A stretch of 64,000 nt of DNA from NCBI GenBank assembly GCA_033764095.1, contig JANRJF010000255.1, forward strand, positions 20,154 through 84,153, in the 5' to 3' direction. Source of the DNA: Deltaproteobacteria bacterium (GTDB taxonomy: Bacteria > Desulfobacterota > Binatia > HRBIN30 > CADEER01). Both the position numbers and the translations under genes were made by a program. Below the pieces are notes generated by a model that had not been told where the DNA came from, made no database searches, and saw only the letters and a list, made by a program, of their open reading frames with translations. The number at the start of each line of letters is the position of its first letter. Within the stretch, counting starts at the first letter, position 1. Below are positions 52,511-62,543 of the stretch, piece after piece.

Positions 52511-53239
52511 TCAGTAGCGCACTTCGACCAGACACAGCCCGGCGGCCGGCGCGGTCGCCGCCGCCAGGCTGCGGTCGCGCGCCGCCAGCAATGCGGTGAG
52601 ATCGGCCGCGCGCCGACCCAGTCCGATCTCGACCAGGGTGCCGACGATGTTGCGCACCATGTGGCGCAGAAACGCCGTCGCCTCGATCTCGTAGCGCAGC
52701 AGGGCACCGTCCGCCTCGACGATGCTGCGCAACACGCGGCGCACCGGATGCGCGGCGTCGCACCCGGCCGCGCGGAACGACGAGAAGTCGTGCTCGCCGA
52801 GCAGCTCGGCGGCGGCGCGCGCCATCTCCGCGACGTCGAGCGGCTGCGGGACGTGCCAGGCGTAGCGCCGCCAGAACGGCGACGGCACGCGCCGATTCCA
52901 GATGCGGTAGACGTAACGCCGACTGCGCGCGTGGCGCCGCGGATCGAAGGCGTCGTCCACCACGTCCACCTGGCGCACGGCGACGTCCGCAGCGGTGTGA
53001 GCGTTGAGCGCCCGGCAGACGACATCCGGCGACAGCGCGCGCTCGGCGTGAAAGCTCACCACCTGGCCGGAGGCATGGACGCCGGCGTCGGTGCGACCGG
53101 CGGCGGTCACCCGCGTCGGTTCGCCGAACAGCTGCGCGACGGCTGCTTCCAGTTCGCCCTGCACGGTGCGCGCGTTCGGCTGCAGTTGCCAGCCGTGCAG
53201 GTCCGTTCCGTCGTATTCGACGACCAGCCGGTAGTGCAT
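52511..53239 (-). CDS. truA: tRNA pseudouridine(38-40) synthase
   Basis: Internal ATG. YRLVVEYDGTDLHGWQ, catalytic GRTDAGVHA. Confidence 0.9.
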   Translation of the reverse strand: MHYRLVVEYDGTDLHGWQLQPNARTVQGELEAAVAQLFGEPTRVTAAGRTDAGVHASGQVVSFHAERALSPDVVCRALNAHTAADVAVRQVDVVDDAFDPRRHARSRRYVYRIWNRRVPSPFWRRYAWHVPQPLDVAEMARAAAELLGEHDFSSFRAAGCDAAHPVRRVLRSIVEADGALLRYEIEATAFLRHMVRNIVGTLVEIGLGRRAADLTALLAARDRSLAAATAPAAGLCLVEVRY

Positions 53240-53255
53240 GGCCGCCCCGACGGCG

Positions 53256-54263
53256 TCAGCCGCGCTCGCGCAGGGCGCGCTCGGCGATCTGCACGGCGTT
53301 GACCGCCGCGCCCTTGCGCAAGCCGTCGATCGCGACCCACAGCGCCAATCCGTAGGGCACGGTGGGATCGTCGCGCAGGCGTCCGACCTGCGTCGCATCG
53401 GAGCCGACGACGTCGGCCAGCGTCGGGCCGCTGCCCTCCTCGACCAACAACACGCCCGGTGCGCCGCGCAGCACATCGCTCGCCGCGGTCGCGTCGAGTG
53501 GTCGCTCGGTCTCGACCGACACCGCGTACCCCTGTCCGTAGAAGGTCGGCACGTGAATGCTGGTGACGGTCAGCGGCAGATCGGGCAGGCCGAGCACCGC
53601 GCGCGTCTGCGTTTCGATGTCCCACTCGCCGCGCACGCGCCCGCCCGGCATATCGTCGCCGACGCGCGGAATGAGATTGAAGGCGACGCGGTGCGGAAAG
53701 ACGACCGGCTCGACCGACTCGCCGGTGAGCAGCTGGCGTGTCTGCGTCGCCAGCTCGTCGACGCCCGCGGTGCCGCGATACGAGGCCGGCTCCAGCGCGG
53801 TGACGACGACGCGGCGCAGCGTCGCCGCCTCGTCGAGCGGCTTCAATGTCACCGCCAGCGCCGTCGCGCCCGGCACCGGGCAGGCAAACACGCCGCGATC
53901 GGCCGCATCGGCGACGGCGTCGGCATTCACTTCCGGAACGATCAGGGTGGCGCCGCTGTCGCCAAGCCCCTGACTGACGTCGACGACCAGTGCACCCACT
54001 TCGCGGCCGCGCTCGCTCCATTCCCGCGCCGAGTCGGCCGGTCCGCAAATGAACAGCACGTCGACGCCCTCAAGCTCGACGTCGTCCAGAGGCAGCAGGT
54101 CCGCCGGCAAGGCGCTGGTGTCGCCGTCCTCCGCCTGGTTGGTCGTGTCGTAGAGGCGCCACTCCGCCACCACGACGCCGCGCGTATCGAGCACGTCCTG
54201 GAGCTCGCGCCCGAGCTCGCTTACCGCACCGACGATGGCGACGATGATGCCGTCTTCGTTCAT
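53256..54263 (-). CDS. aspartate-semialdehyde dehydrogenase family protein (Asd/USG-1-like)
   Basis: Internal ATG at 54263 overlapping the leuB stop (ATGA). N-terminal Rossmann IVAIVGAVSELG. Active-site Cys region FACPVPGATALAVTLKPL. asd/usg-truA order as in other bacteria. Confidence 0.75.
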   Translation of the reverse strand: MNEDGIIVAIVGAVSELGRELQDVLDTRGVVVAEWRLYDTTNQAEDGDTSALPADLLPLDDVELEGVDVLFICGPADSAREWSERGREVGALVVDVSQGLGDSGATLIVPEVNADAVADAADRGVFACPVPGATALAVTLKPLDEAATLRRVVVTALEPASYRGTAGVDELATQTRQLLTGESVEPVVFPHRVAFNLIPRVGDDMPGGRVRGEWDIETQTRAVLGLPDLPLTVTSIHVPTFYGQGYAVSVETERPLDATAASDVLRGAPGVLLVEEGSGPTLADVVGSDATQVGRLRDDPTVPYGLALWVAIDGLRKGAAVNAVQIAERALRERG

Positions 54264-55360
54264 GCGCGTGCGAGCGCCGTCCGCACCGCGTCGCCCATGG
54301 CGCGGCAACCGACGATGCGGCAGCCTTCCTGACGCACGTCGGCCGTGCGCAGACCGCTGTCGATCACCGAAGACACCGCCGCCTCGATGGCGCGCGCCGG
54401 AGCCGCCTGACCGAGCGAGTACTCCAGCAGCATCGCCGAGGACAGGATGGCGCCGAGCGGATTGGCGATGTCCTGACCCGCAATGTCCGGCGCGCTGCCG
54501 TGGATCGGCTCGTAGAGACCGAGCCGGCCGCCGAGGCGGTTGACGGTCTCTCCGAGCGAGGCGGACGGCAGCATGCCGAGCGAGCCGGTCAGCACCGACG
54601 CCTCGTCGGTGAGGATGTCGCCGAACATGTTCTCGGTGACCACGACGTCGAAGTCGCGCGGGCGGCGCAACAGATGCATCGACATCGCGTCGACCAGCAC
54701 GTCATCGCAGGCCACGTCGGCGAAGTCGCGGGCGATCTCGTGCGTCACCTCACGCCACAATCGCGAGGTGGCGAGGATATTGGCCTTGTCCACCTGCGTG
54801 ACCTTCTTGCGCCGCGGGCGCGCCAGCTCGAACGCCAGCCGCACGACGCGCGTCACCTCGCCCTCGGCGTAGACGACCGTATCGACCGCCGACCGCCCAT
54901 CCGGGCCGGTGCGGCGCTCACTCGGCTGTCCAAAGTAGACGCCGCCGGTGAGCTCGCGCACGAAGAGGATGTCGACGCCCTCGAGGAGCTCGCGCTTCAG
55001 CGGCGCGGCGGCAATCAGTGCCGGGTGGGCGACGATCGGCCGTAGGTTGGCGAACAAGCCGAGGCCACGGCGCAGGCCGAGCAGCGCCTGCTCCGGCCGC
55101 ACGGTCGCCTGCGGATTGTCCCACTTCGGGCCGCCGACCGCACCGAGCAGCACCGCATCGCTGCGCTGGGCGAGCGCGAAGCTCGCCTCGGGCAGCGCCG
55201 TGCCATCGCGGTCGATGGCACAGCCGCCGAGCAGTGCCTCCTCGAAGGTGAGATCGAGGTCGAACTGCCGGGCGCACACCTCCAGCACGGCGCGCGCCTC
55301 GCGCGTCACTTCCGGGCCAATGCCGTCGCCGGCGAATACGGCGATCGTCGCCTGTTGCAT
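54260..55360 (-). CDS. leuB: 3-isopropylmalate dehydrogenase
   Basis: IAVFAGDGIGPEV, NLRP, and the isocitrate/isopropylmalate DH signature NMFGDILTD. Adjacent to leuA. Confidence 0.88.
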   Translation of the reverse strand: MQQATIAVFAGDGIGPEVTREARAVLEVCARQFDLDLTFEEALLGGCAIDRDGTALPEASFALAQRSDAVLLGAVGGPKWDNPQATVRPEQALLGLRRGLGLFANLRPIVAHPALIAAAPLKRELLEGVDILFVRELTGGVYFGQPSERRTGPDGRSAVDTVVYAEGEVTRVVRLAFELARPRRKKVTQVDKANILATSRLWREVTHEIARDFADVACDDVLVDAMSMHLLRRPRDFDVVVTENMFGDILTDEASVLTGSLGMLPSASLGETVNRLGGRLGLYEPIHGSAPDIAGQDIANPLGAILSSAMLLEYSLGQAAPARAIEAAVSSVIDSGLRTADVRQEGCRIVGCRAMGDAVRTALARA

Positions 55361-55369
55361 CGCGTCTCC

Positions 55370-56929
55370 TCAGGGACCGACCGTCGCCTGGGCCCGCTGA
55401 TGATGGCGGTGGCGGTAGTCGAGCTTGTTGAGCGCGTTCACGTAGGCGAGCGCGCTGGCGGTGATGATGTCGGTATGGACGCCCTGGCCGCTGACCGCGA
55501 TGGCGCCCTCGCGCAACGAGCACGACGCTTCGCCCTGCGCATCGGTGTCGGCGGTGATGGCGCTCACCTGAAAGCGCTCCAGCGTCGGCTGGCGACCGAC
55601 CAGCCGACTGATCGCCTGGAAGCAGGCGTCGACCATGCCGTCGCCGGTCGCCGCCTCCTCGCGTTCGGCGCCGTCGACCCGCATGCGCACGCGCGCCTGC
55701 GGTGCCGCGCTGGTGGACGACGTCACGCTCAGGTCGAGCAGCTCGTAGCGGTCCGCCGTGCGCACGCCAGTCTCAGCGACCAGCGCGACGATGTCTTCGT
55801 CGTAGACGTTCTTCTTGCGGTCGGCGAGCGCCTTGAATCGCGCGAAGGCCTCGTTCATGTCGATGCCGCTGAAATCGACGCCGAGCTCCTGCAACCGCTG
55901 CACGAAGGCGTGGCGGCCGGAGTGCTTGCCGAGCACCAGCTTGTTGCTCTTCAGGCCGATCGATTCGGGCCGCATGATCTCGTAGGTGAGCTTGTTCTTG
56001 ATCACACCGTCCTGGTGGATGCCGGCCTCGTGGGCAAACGCGTTGTCGCCCACCACCGGCTTGTTGATCGGGATCGGGATCCCGGTGATCTGCGAGAGCA
56101 GGCGGCTCGACGGGTAGATCTGCTCGGTGACGATGGCGACGTCGACCTCGGTGAAGACGTCGCGGCGCGTCTTGATCGCCATCACCACTTCTTCCAGCGA
56201 GGTGTTACCGGCGCGCTCACCAATGCCGTTGATCGTGCATTCGACCTGCCGGGCACCGTTGCGCACCGCGGCGAGCGAGTTCGCGACCGCCATGCCGAGG
56301 TCGTTGTGGCAGTGCGCGCTCCAGGTGACGCGATCACCGCCCGGGGTGCGCTGGATGAGGTCGCGGAACAGCCCGCCGAACTCCTGCGGCACGGCGTATC
56401 CGGTGGTGTCGGGCACATTGAGCACGCGGGCGCCCGCCTTGATGACCTCGCCGAAGACCTGCACCAGGTAGTCGGGATCGCTGCGCGAGGCGTCCTCGGC
56501 CGAGAACTCGATGTGGTCGACGTGCCGCTTGGCAAGCCCGATCGCCCAGCAGGCGGCGTCGATCACCTCCTGGTGGCTCATCATGAGCTTGCTCTTCAGA
56601 TGCAGATCGGAGGTGGCGATGAAGATGTGGATGCCGGGCCGCCTGGCTTTCGCGACACTGGCCAGTGCCGCCTCGATGTCGGCTTGCTTGGTGCGCGCCA
56701 GGCTGAGCACCACCGGCGCACTGACCGCCTCGGCGACGCGGGCGACCGACTCGGCGTCGCCCGGCGATGCGGCGGCGAAGCCCGCCTCGATAACGTCGAC
56801 GCCGAGCTTCTCCAGCTGACGGGCGATCACGAGTTTCTCTTCGACGTTCATCGTCGCGCCGGGCGACTGCTCACCGTCGCGCAAGGTGGTGTCGAAGATC
56901 CGTACGACCTGGTCCTGGGTAGTCATCAT
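55370..56929 (-). CDS. leuA: 2-isopropylmalate synthase
   Basis: Internal ATG-ATG at ~56929. RIFDTTLRDGEQSPG, HCHNDLGMAVANSLAAV, C-terminal LeuA dimerisation/regulatory domain. Confidence 0.9.
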   Translation of the reverse strand: MMTTQDQVVRIFDTTLRDGEQSPGATMNVEEKLVIARQLEKLGVDVIEAGFAAASPGDAESVARVAEAVSAPVVLSLARTKQADIEAALASVAKARRPGIHIFIATSDLHLKSKLMMSHQEVIDAACWAIGLAKRHVDHIEFSAEDASRSDPDYLVQVFGEVIKAGARVLNVPDTTGYAVPQEFGGLFRDLIQRTPGGDRVTWSAHCHNDLGMAVANSLAAVRNGARQVECTINGIGERAGNTSLEEVVMAIKTRRDVFTEVDVAIVTEQIYPSSRLLSQITGIPIPINKPVVGDNAFAHEAGIHQDGVIKNKLTYEIMRPESIGLKSNKLVLGKHSGRHAFVQRLQELGVDFSGIDMNEAFARFKALADRKKNVYDEDIVALVAETGVRTADRYELLDLSVTSSTSAAPQARVRMRVDGAEREEAATGDGMVDACFQAISRLVGRQPTLERFQVSAITADTDAQGEASCSLREGAIAVSGQGVHTDIITASALAYVNALNKLDYRHRHHQRAQATVGP

Positions 56930-56989
56930 CGTCCCCTGTTTTTCTGCATCTTCGTCGATCCTGGGGAGCGGATCGATCCTTCCATCGGC

Positions 56990-57030
56990 GACCGAGAACA
57001 CAAAGGGCCACGGACGACTTGCCCGTGGCC
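56990..57030 (-). terminator. putative intrinsic terminator/attenuator hairpin in the pssA-leuA intergenic region
   Basis: Minus-sense GGGCCACGG-gcaagtcgtc-CCGTGGCCC (9-bp perfect GC stem) followed by CTTTGTGTTCTC. Lies ~75 nt upstream of the leuA start and ~180 nt downstream of the pssA stop. Confidence 0.45.
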
Positions 57031-57212
57031 CTCGAGACGCTACCGGTTCCAACCAACGGACAAGTTCCCCTGCCCGTGGCGCCGTCGATCGAGTTTACCG
57101 ATTCGCAAGCGCACCGAGCCCTGGGCATAGTCGTAGCGCCAGGGCTAGGAGCGTGGTGGTGTGCGAATCGAAAGCCATTGGGTCGCGAAGCTAGAAGAGG
57201 GCCGCCGGAGTG

Positions 57213-58028
57213 TCAAGCCGCTTGTCGGGCGCTCGGGCGGCGCACCAGGCGGCGGCCGGTCACCCACACCCAGCGAGCCGGGCCCGACAGCGCATACAGG
57301 AAGAATCCGGCGAACAGACACACCTGAGGCTCGGCGATCAGGAGCTTCAGCACCAGGATCCCGGCCAACAGCACCCAGAACGGCTGGCGCCGGTGCAGGT
57401 CGATCTCCTTGAAGCTGAAGTAGCGCACGTTGCTGACCATCAGCCCGGCCAGCGCGTAGATCATCAGCAGCACGATCAGGTGCCGGTACGTCGCACCCTC
57501 ACCGCCGAAGAAGTAGTAGAGCATCACCGTCGAGGCGATGACCTCGGCGGCGGCCGGAATCGGCAGGCCGAGGAAGTGGCGCTTCTGCGCCGTCTCGACA
57601 CGCACGTTGAAGCGCGCCAACCGTAGTGCGCCGCAGGTGACATACAGCGCCGCCGCCATCCACCCGATCGTCCCCCACGGCTCCAGCGCCCAGCGATAGA
57701 CCAGGATGCCGGGCGCGACGCCGAAGGCGACCAGGTCGCAGAGCGAATCGTACTCGATGCCGAAGCGTGAGGTGGTCTTGGTCAGCCGCGCGACGCGGCC
57801 ATCGAGCACGTCGAAGACATTGGCGGCCATGATCGCGATCGCGGCGACGAGAAAGTCGCCGCGCACGCTGGCGATCAACGAGTAGACGCCGCAGAACAAC
57901 CCACCGGTGGTGAGCAGGTTGGGCAGCAGGTAGACGCCCTTGCGCAGCGGCTGGTCGACCAGACGCGGCGCCGCATCGGCTCCCGAGTCCGACGCGTCAG
58001 CGCCAATGCGCGAAACGGGCTGCGCCAT
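57213..58028 (-). CDS. pssA: CDP-diacylglycerol--serine O-phosphatidyltransferase (CDP-alcohol phosphatidyltransferase family)
   Basis: D-G-x2-A-R-x8-G-x3-D-x3-D motif (NVFDVLDGRVAR...FGIEYDSLCD) and multiple TM helices. Confidence 0.85.
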   Translation of the reverse strand: MAQPVSRIGADASDSGADAAPRLVDQPLRKGVYLLPNLLTTGGLFCGVYSLIASVRGDFLVAAIAIMAANVFDVLDGRVARLTKTTSRFGIEYDSLCDLVAFGVAPGILVYRWALEPWGTIGWMAAALYVTCGALRLARFNVRVETAQKRHFLGLPIPAAAEVIASTVMLYYFFGGEGATYRHLIVLLMIYALAGLMVSNVRYFSFKEIDLHRRQPFWVLLAGILVLKLLIAEPQVCLFAGFFLYALSGPARWVWVTGRRLVRRPSARQAA

Positions 58029-58034
58029 GCGCGC

Positions 58035-59051
58035 TCAGTTCTTCGAGCGGTCGACCAGTCGATCCGACGCCAGCCACGGCATCATGGCGCGCAGCTTGGT
58101 CCCCACCGCCTCGATCGGATGGTGCTCCGCCTCTTTGCGCAGTTCGCGGAAGTGCGGCATGCCGACGCGGTACTCGGTGATCCACTCCTCGGCGAACTTG
58201 CCGCTCTGGATCTCGGCGAGGATTGCTTTCATCGCCTGCCGCGCCTCGGGTCCGATGATGCGCTTGCCGCGCGTCATGTCGCCGTACTCGGCGGTGTTGC
58301 TGATCGAGTAGCGCATGTCGGCGATGCCGCCCTCGTAGATCAGGTCGACGATCAACTTCACTTCATGCAGGCACTCGAAGTACGCCATCTCCGGGCTGTA
58401 GCCCGCCTCGACCAGCGTCTCGTAGCCGGCGCGGATCAGCTCGGTGAGGCCGCCACACAGCACCGACTGCTCGCCAAACAGGTCGGTTTCGGTCTCTTCC
58501 TTGAAGGTCGTCTCGAGCACCGCGGCGCGCGTCCCGCCGATCGCCTTGGCATAGGCGAGCCCGACCGCGCGCGTGTCGCCGCTCGGATCCTGGTGGATGG
58601 CGAGCAGGCACGGCACCCCGCGCCCCTTCTGGAACTCGCTGCGCACGAGGTGGCCGGGTCCCTTCGGCGCCACCATGAACACGTTCAGGCCCGGCGCCGG
58701 CACGATGCCCTTGAAGTGGATGTTGAAGCCGTGCGCGAAGCAGAGGTACTTGCCGTCGGTCATCCCGGCGGCAACTTCCTTCTGGTACAGCTCGGCGGCG
58801 AGCTCGTCGGGCACCAGCATCATCACCACGTCGGCCGCCTTGGCGGCGGCGCCTGGCTCCAGCACCGTGAACCCGGCCGTTTCCGCCTTGGCCCACGAGC
58901 CACCGCCCTTGCGCAGGCCGATGATGACCTTGATGCCGCTGTCGCGCAGATTGTTGGCGTGCGCGTGCCCCTGGCTGCCGTAGCCGATCACGGCGACGGT
59001 CTTGTTCTGCAGCGGCGCCAGATCGGCGTCGCGGTCGTAGAAGATCTTCAT
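58035..59051 (-). CDS. ilvC: ketol-acid reductoisomerase
   Basis: [11 protein letters not shown]...[21 protein letters not shown]. Class I KARI, 338 aa. Confidence 0.92.
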   Translation of the reverse strand: MKIFYDRDADLAPLQNKTVAVIGYGSQGHAHANNLRDSGIKVIIGLRKGGGSWAKAETAGFTVLEPGAAAKAADVVMMLVPDELAAELYQKEVAAGMTDGKYLCFAHGFNIHFKGIVPAPGLNVFMVAPKGPGHLVRSEFQKGRGVPCLLAIHQDPSGDTRAVGLAYAKAIGGTRAAVLETTFKEETETDLFGEQSVLCGGLTELIRAGYETLVEAGYSPEMAYFECLHEVKLIVDLIYEGGIADMRYSISNTAEYGDMTRGKRIIGPEARQAMKAILAEIQSGKFAEEWITEYRVGMPHFRELRKEAEHHPIEAVGTKLRAMMPWLASDRLVDRSKN

Positions 59052-59566
59052 GCCACTCGCTCCTTCGTGCCTCGCGCGCCGCGCATCAACTGCATGCCGC
59101 GATGCATCGCGACTTTGCCGGTACGGGCGATCTCCTTGATGCCGAGCGGCTTGAGGAGCTCGAGCAAGGCGGTGATTTTGTCCTCGGTTCCGGTGACCTC
59201 GATGAGATACGATTGCGGGCTGACGTCGATGACCTTGCCGCGGAAGATGTCGACGATGTGCATGACTTCGGAGCGCGTCTGCTGGTCGGCGGTGACCTTG
59301 ATCAGCGCCAACTCGCGCTCGACGTGGCTGGCCCGGGTGAAGTCCTGCACCTCGATGACGCTGACCAGCTTGTTGAGCTGCTTGTTGATCTGCGCCAGCA
59401 CCTGATCGTCGCCACGCGTGACCAGGGTGATGCGCGATACCGCCGGGTCGAGGGTTTCGGCTACGGTGAGGCTCTCGATATTGAAGCCGCGTCCGCTGAA
59501 CAGCCCGGCAATACGCGCCAGGACGCCGAATTCATTCTCGACCAGGATCGAAATGGTATGGCGCAT
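59048..59566 (-). CDS. ilvN: acetolactate synthase small (regulatory) subunit
   Basis: Internal ATG. ACT domain [32 protein letters not shown]. Stop overlaps the ilvC start (ATGA). Confidence 0.88.
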   Translation of the reverse strand: MRHTISILVENEFGVLARIAGLFSGRGFNIESLTVAETLDPAVSRITLVTRGDDQVLAQINKQLNKLVSVIEVQDFTRASHVERELALIKVTADQQTRSEVMHIVDIFRGKVIDVSPQSYLIEVTGTEDKITALLELLKPLGIKEIARTGKVAMHRGMQLMRGARGTKERVA

Positions 59567-59648
59567 CGATTGTGGGTAGCGCGTTGCGCCCGGCAACGCG
59601 AGTCGCCCCCGGGCCGCGGGGAGCGCGTTGAGCAACGGCAGGTCGCCG

Positions 59649-59873
59649 TCAGTGCGTGCGGTAGCGGCCGAGGATCTCCATGATCCGATCCTTGCCGGCC
59701 AGCTTCACCTTCTGGATCCGCTTGCGTTCGACCTCTTCCTCGGGGGTGAGAAAGTGTTTGTGTTGCAGGGCCGCCAGCTGTTTCTCGAGCTCGAGGTGCT
59801 CCTCGTAGAAGCGCCTCAGCTCGGGGTCGCGGTCGAGCAGCGTGCGGATCAGTTCTTCGTCGTGCTTCTCCAT
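59649..59873 (-). CDS. DUF465 (YdcH-like) small protein
   Basis: 74 aa. LLDRDPELRRFYEEHLELEKQLAAL resembles the DUF465 motif. Weak call. Confidence 0.4.
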   Translation of the reverse strand: MEKHDEELIRTLLDRDPELRRFYEEHLELEKQLAALQHKHFLTPEEEVERKRIQKVKLAGKDRIMEILGRYRTH

Positions 59874-59942
59874 GCCCAGAAACTCCGCGAGGGTGCCGGC
59901 AGACTTAGCCCAGCCCGCTCCTCCCTGTCAATTTTCCCACAC

Positions 59943-60650
59943 TTATCCAATGGATAGCGCCGCGGCGCGACGCTCCCGGTGCATCTCGGCCTCGGCCGCG
60001 CGGCAATAAGCGGGCTCCAAGGCGGCGAGCGCTGTCGGCTCGCGCGTTTGCCCCAGTTGGGCGACGACCACGCCGCTCGGCGGGCGCTGGCTGAGCCGCA
60101 GGCGCCGCACTCCGGGCGGCAGCGCGTCCCACAGCGATGCGTGCGCGTCCACCGCGTCACCGACCAGCGTGCACGGCGCCGAGAGACGCTCGATCAGGGC
60201 AGCCGGGGCCATCGCGGTGGCTGGCATCTCGGCGTGCAACGCGTCGCCCCGCCAGCGGAAACTGGCGGCATAGATCTCGCCCTTGCGGGCGTCGAGGATC
60301 GGCCAGACAGCCCCGTCCGTGGGCCCGACCGCATGCGCATATGCTTCCAGCGTCGGCACGCCGACCAGCGGCAGGCGGGTCGCGACCGCCAACCCTTTGG
60401 CCACGCTCAGCCCAATGCGCAGGCCAGTGAAGGAGCCAGGGCCGATCGAGATCGCGATGCGGGTCAGCTCGGCCAGCCGCATCCCTGCATCGGCCAGGAC
60501 CGCGTCGATCAGCGGCAGCAGCGCGCGCGCGTGACTACCGGCAACCGACTGCACGCGTTCAACGCATTGCGCGGCGCCGACGATGCCGACGCTGGCGACA
60601 CCGGTGGCGGTGTCGAGGCCGAGTACGGGCACCCCGTCAGCCCCAGCCAC
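59943..60650 (-). CDS. tsaB: tRNA threonylcarbamoyladenosine biosynthesis protein TsaB
   Basis: VLGLDTATGVASVGIV...ISIGPGSFTGLRIGLSVAKGLA. YeaZ/TsaB family. Confidence 0.85.
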   Translation of the reverse strand: MAGADGVPVLGLDTATGVASVGIVGAAQCVERVQSVAGSHARALLPLIDAVLADAGMRLAELTRIAISIGPGSFTGLRIGLSVAKGLAVATRLPLVGVPTLEAYAHAVGPTDGAVWPILDARKGEIYAASFRWRGDALHAEMPATAMAPAALIERLSAPCTLVGDAVDAHASLWDALPPGVRRLRLSQRPPSGVVVAQLGQTREPTALAALEPAYCRAAEAEMHRERRAAALSIG

Positions 60651-61710
60651 GAACGATGCGCAGGATGTCGTTGTAGAACGCGAACGCCATCAACCCGATC
60701 AGGATCACCAGGCCGACCTGCTGCGCGATCTCGCGATGGCGCAGATCGAGCGGTCGACGCATGACGATCTCGATCAGGAAGAACAACAGGTGGCCGCCGT
60801 CGAGGATCGGAATCGGCAGCAGGTTGAGGATGCCGAGGTTGATGCTGATCACCGCCATGAACAGCAGCAGCGATTCCAACCCGACCTGCGCCTGCTGCCC
60901 GGCTGCCTGGACGATCAGGATCGGACCGCCGATGTCCTGTGCCGAAATGCGCCCCTGGAAGATCTTCACCACGCTCATGACCAGCGTGCCGATCCACCAC
61001 GCGGTCTGCTTCGCGCCGTTGGCCACCGCTTCGATCGGCCCGACCGACACCTGCTCGAAGCCGCGCTCGATGCCGATCACGTATGCTTGGCCCACCACCT
61101 CGCCGAAGATGTTCTTCTCCGGCTGCGCCTCCGGCGTCACCGACAGATCGACTGGGGCGCCGTTGCGCTGCACGGTCAGCACCACCGTGCGGCCCTCGCT
61201 GCCGCGGATCGCCTTCGACAGTTCGTCCCAGGTCGCGACGGGCTGACCATCGAAGGCAGTGACGGTGTCGCCCGCTGCGATGCCGGCCTTGGCCGCCGGC
61301 CGATCGGCCATCACGCCACCGACGGTGGCACTGTCGGTCGGCACGCGCTGTCCGTACACGGCCAGCACCAGCGTGAAGGCAAGGAAAGCGAAGACCAGGT
61401 TGAACGCCGGACCGGCAATGACGATGGCGATGCGCTTCCAGACGTTCTGGTGCGAGAACGAGATGCGCGGATCGACCGGCTCGGTGGAGTCCGGATCTTC
61501 ACCGACCATCTTCACGAAGCCGCCGAGCGGCACCGCGCTGACGGCGTACTCGGTACCGTTCACCGTCCGCCCGAAGATCTTCGGACCGAAACCGACCGAG
61601 AACTTCAGCACCCCGACGCCCGCCCACTTGGCGACGATGAAGTGCCCGAACTCGTGCACGACGATGAGCACGCCGAGCACGACGATGGCGGCGAGAATTC
61701 CAGTCAGCAT
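60637..61710 (-). CDS. rseP: RIP metalloprotease RseP (site-2 protease)
   Basis: HEFGHFIVAK zinc motif, PDZ region, LDGGH motif (ILDGGHLLF). 357 aa. Confidence 0.9.
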   Translation of the reverse strand: MLTGILAAIVVLGVLIVVHEFGHFIVAKWAGVGVLKFSVGFGPKIFGRTVNGTEYAVSAVPLGGFVKMVGEDPDSTEPVDPRISFSHQNVWKRIAIVIAGPAFNLVFAFLAFTLVLAVYGQRVPTDSATVGGVMADRPAAKAGIAAGDTVTAFDGQPVATWDELSKAIRGSEGRTVVLTVQRNGAPVDLSVTPEAQPEKNIFGEVVGQAYVIGIERGFEQVSVGPIEAVANGAKQTAWWIGTLVMSVVKIFQGRISAQDIGGPILIVQAAGQQAQVGLESLLLFMAVISINLGILNLLPIPILDGGHLLFFLIEIVMRRPLDLRHREIAQQVGLVILIGLMAFAFYNDILRIVRGWG

Positions 61711-61733
61711 GCGGACGCGAGACCGTGATCAGG

Positions 61734-62543
61734 TCAGACGTTGAGATAATAGTACACGAGCGCGACCGGGAAAAGCAGACTATCGATACGGTCGAGCACG
61801 CCGCCGTGTCCCGGGAAGAGCGCGCCCGACTCCTTCGCGCCGAAGCTACGCTTCATGACCGACTCGGTGAGGTCGCCGACCTGCCCGATGAGCGCCATGA
61901 CCGTCGCCAGGGTCAGGATTTCGGTCCAGCTTCTCGGTGACAGGACGCCGAGAAACTCGAGCACCAGCTTGGCCAAGGCCGCCGCCACCAGGCTGCCGGC
62001 GATGATGCCGATCGCGCCCTCGACGGTCTTGCCTGGGCTCACATGGGGAATGAGCTTGTGTCGACCGAGCGCATGACCGACGAAATAGCCCGAACTGTCG
62101 CCCGCCATGGCGATGGCGATGACGAACGTCACCCAGGCGGCGCCGTCGGGCAGCACGCGCAGCCAGTAGAAGTGGGGCAGCAACAGCCCGGTGTAGAGCA
62201 CGCCGATCGTGATCAGGCCGACATCCGCCAGGCCGCGGTCGAGATCGCGTCGCGCCAGCACGACGTAGCTCAGCGCGCCGGCTAACATCGCCGACAACGC
62301 CGCCGCCAGCCGCACGCCGGGCTCCGGCGCACTGACGCCGGCGAGGATCACCACCACCCCGAGCAGGCCGCCGACCACGCGCGGTCCGACACGCGACGTG
62401 AAGGCCAGTCCGCCGTACTCCACCAGGGCGAGTGTCGAGATCAGCACCACCACCACTCGCCAGATCCACACCGGCGCGCCGAAGATCAGCACGACGAGTA
62501 GTGGGATCGCGACGAGGGCGGTGAGAAGCCTAGCGCGCAGCAC
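61734..62543 (-). CDS. cdsA: phosphatidate cytidylyltransferase
   Basis: C-terminal CdsA signature (SVMKRSFGAKESGALFPGHGGVLDRIDSLLF). Probable GTG start at ~62543 with GGGGAG SD, overlapping the uppS 3' end by ~14 nt. The longer six-frame ORF is an extension through the uppS 3' end. Confidence 0.8.
   Translation of the reverse strand: MLRARLLTALVAIPLLVVLIFGAPVWIWRVVVVLISTLALVEYGGLAFTSRVGPRVVGGLLGVVVILAGVSAPEPGVRLAAALSAMLAGALSYVVLARRDLDRGLADVGLITIGVLYTGLLLPHFYWLRVLPDGAAWVTFVIAIAMAGDSSGYFVGHALGRHKLIPHVSPGKTVEGAIGIIAGSLVAAALAKLVLEFLGVLSPRSWTEILTLATVMALIGQVGDLTESVMKRSFGAKESGALFPGHGGVLDRIDSLLFPVALVYYYLNV

Noticed and set aside
56871-57128. 85-aa minus ORF in the leuA leader as a candidate leader peptide
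   Set aside because: It contains no run of Leu codons, and its frame simply spans the hairpin. The region is treated as a non-coding leader or terminator structure instead.
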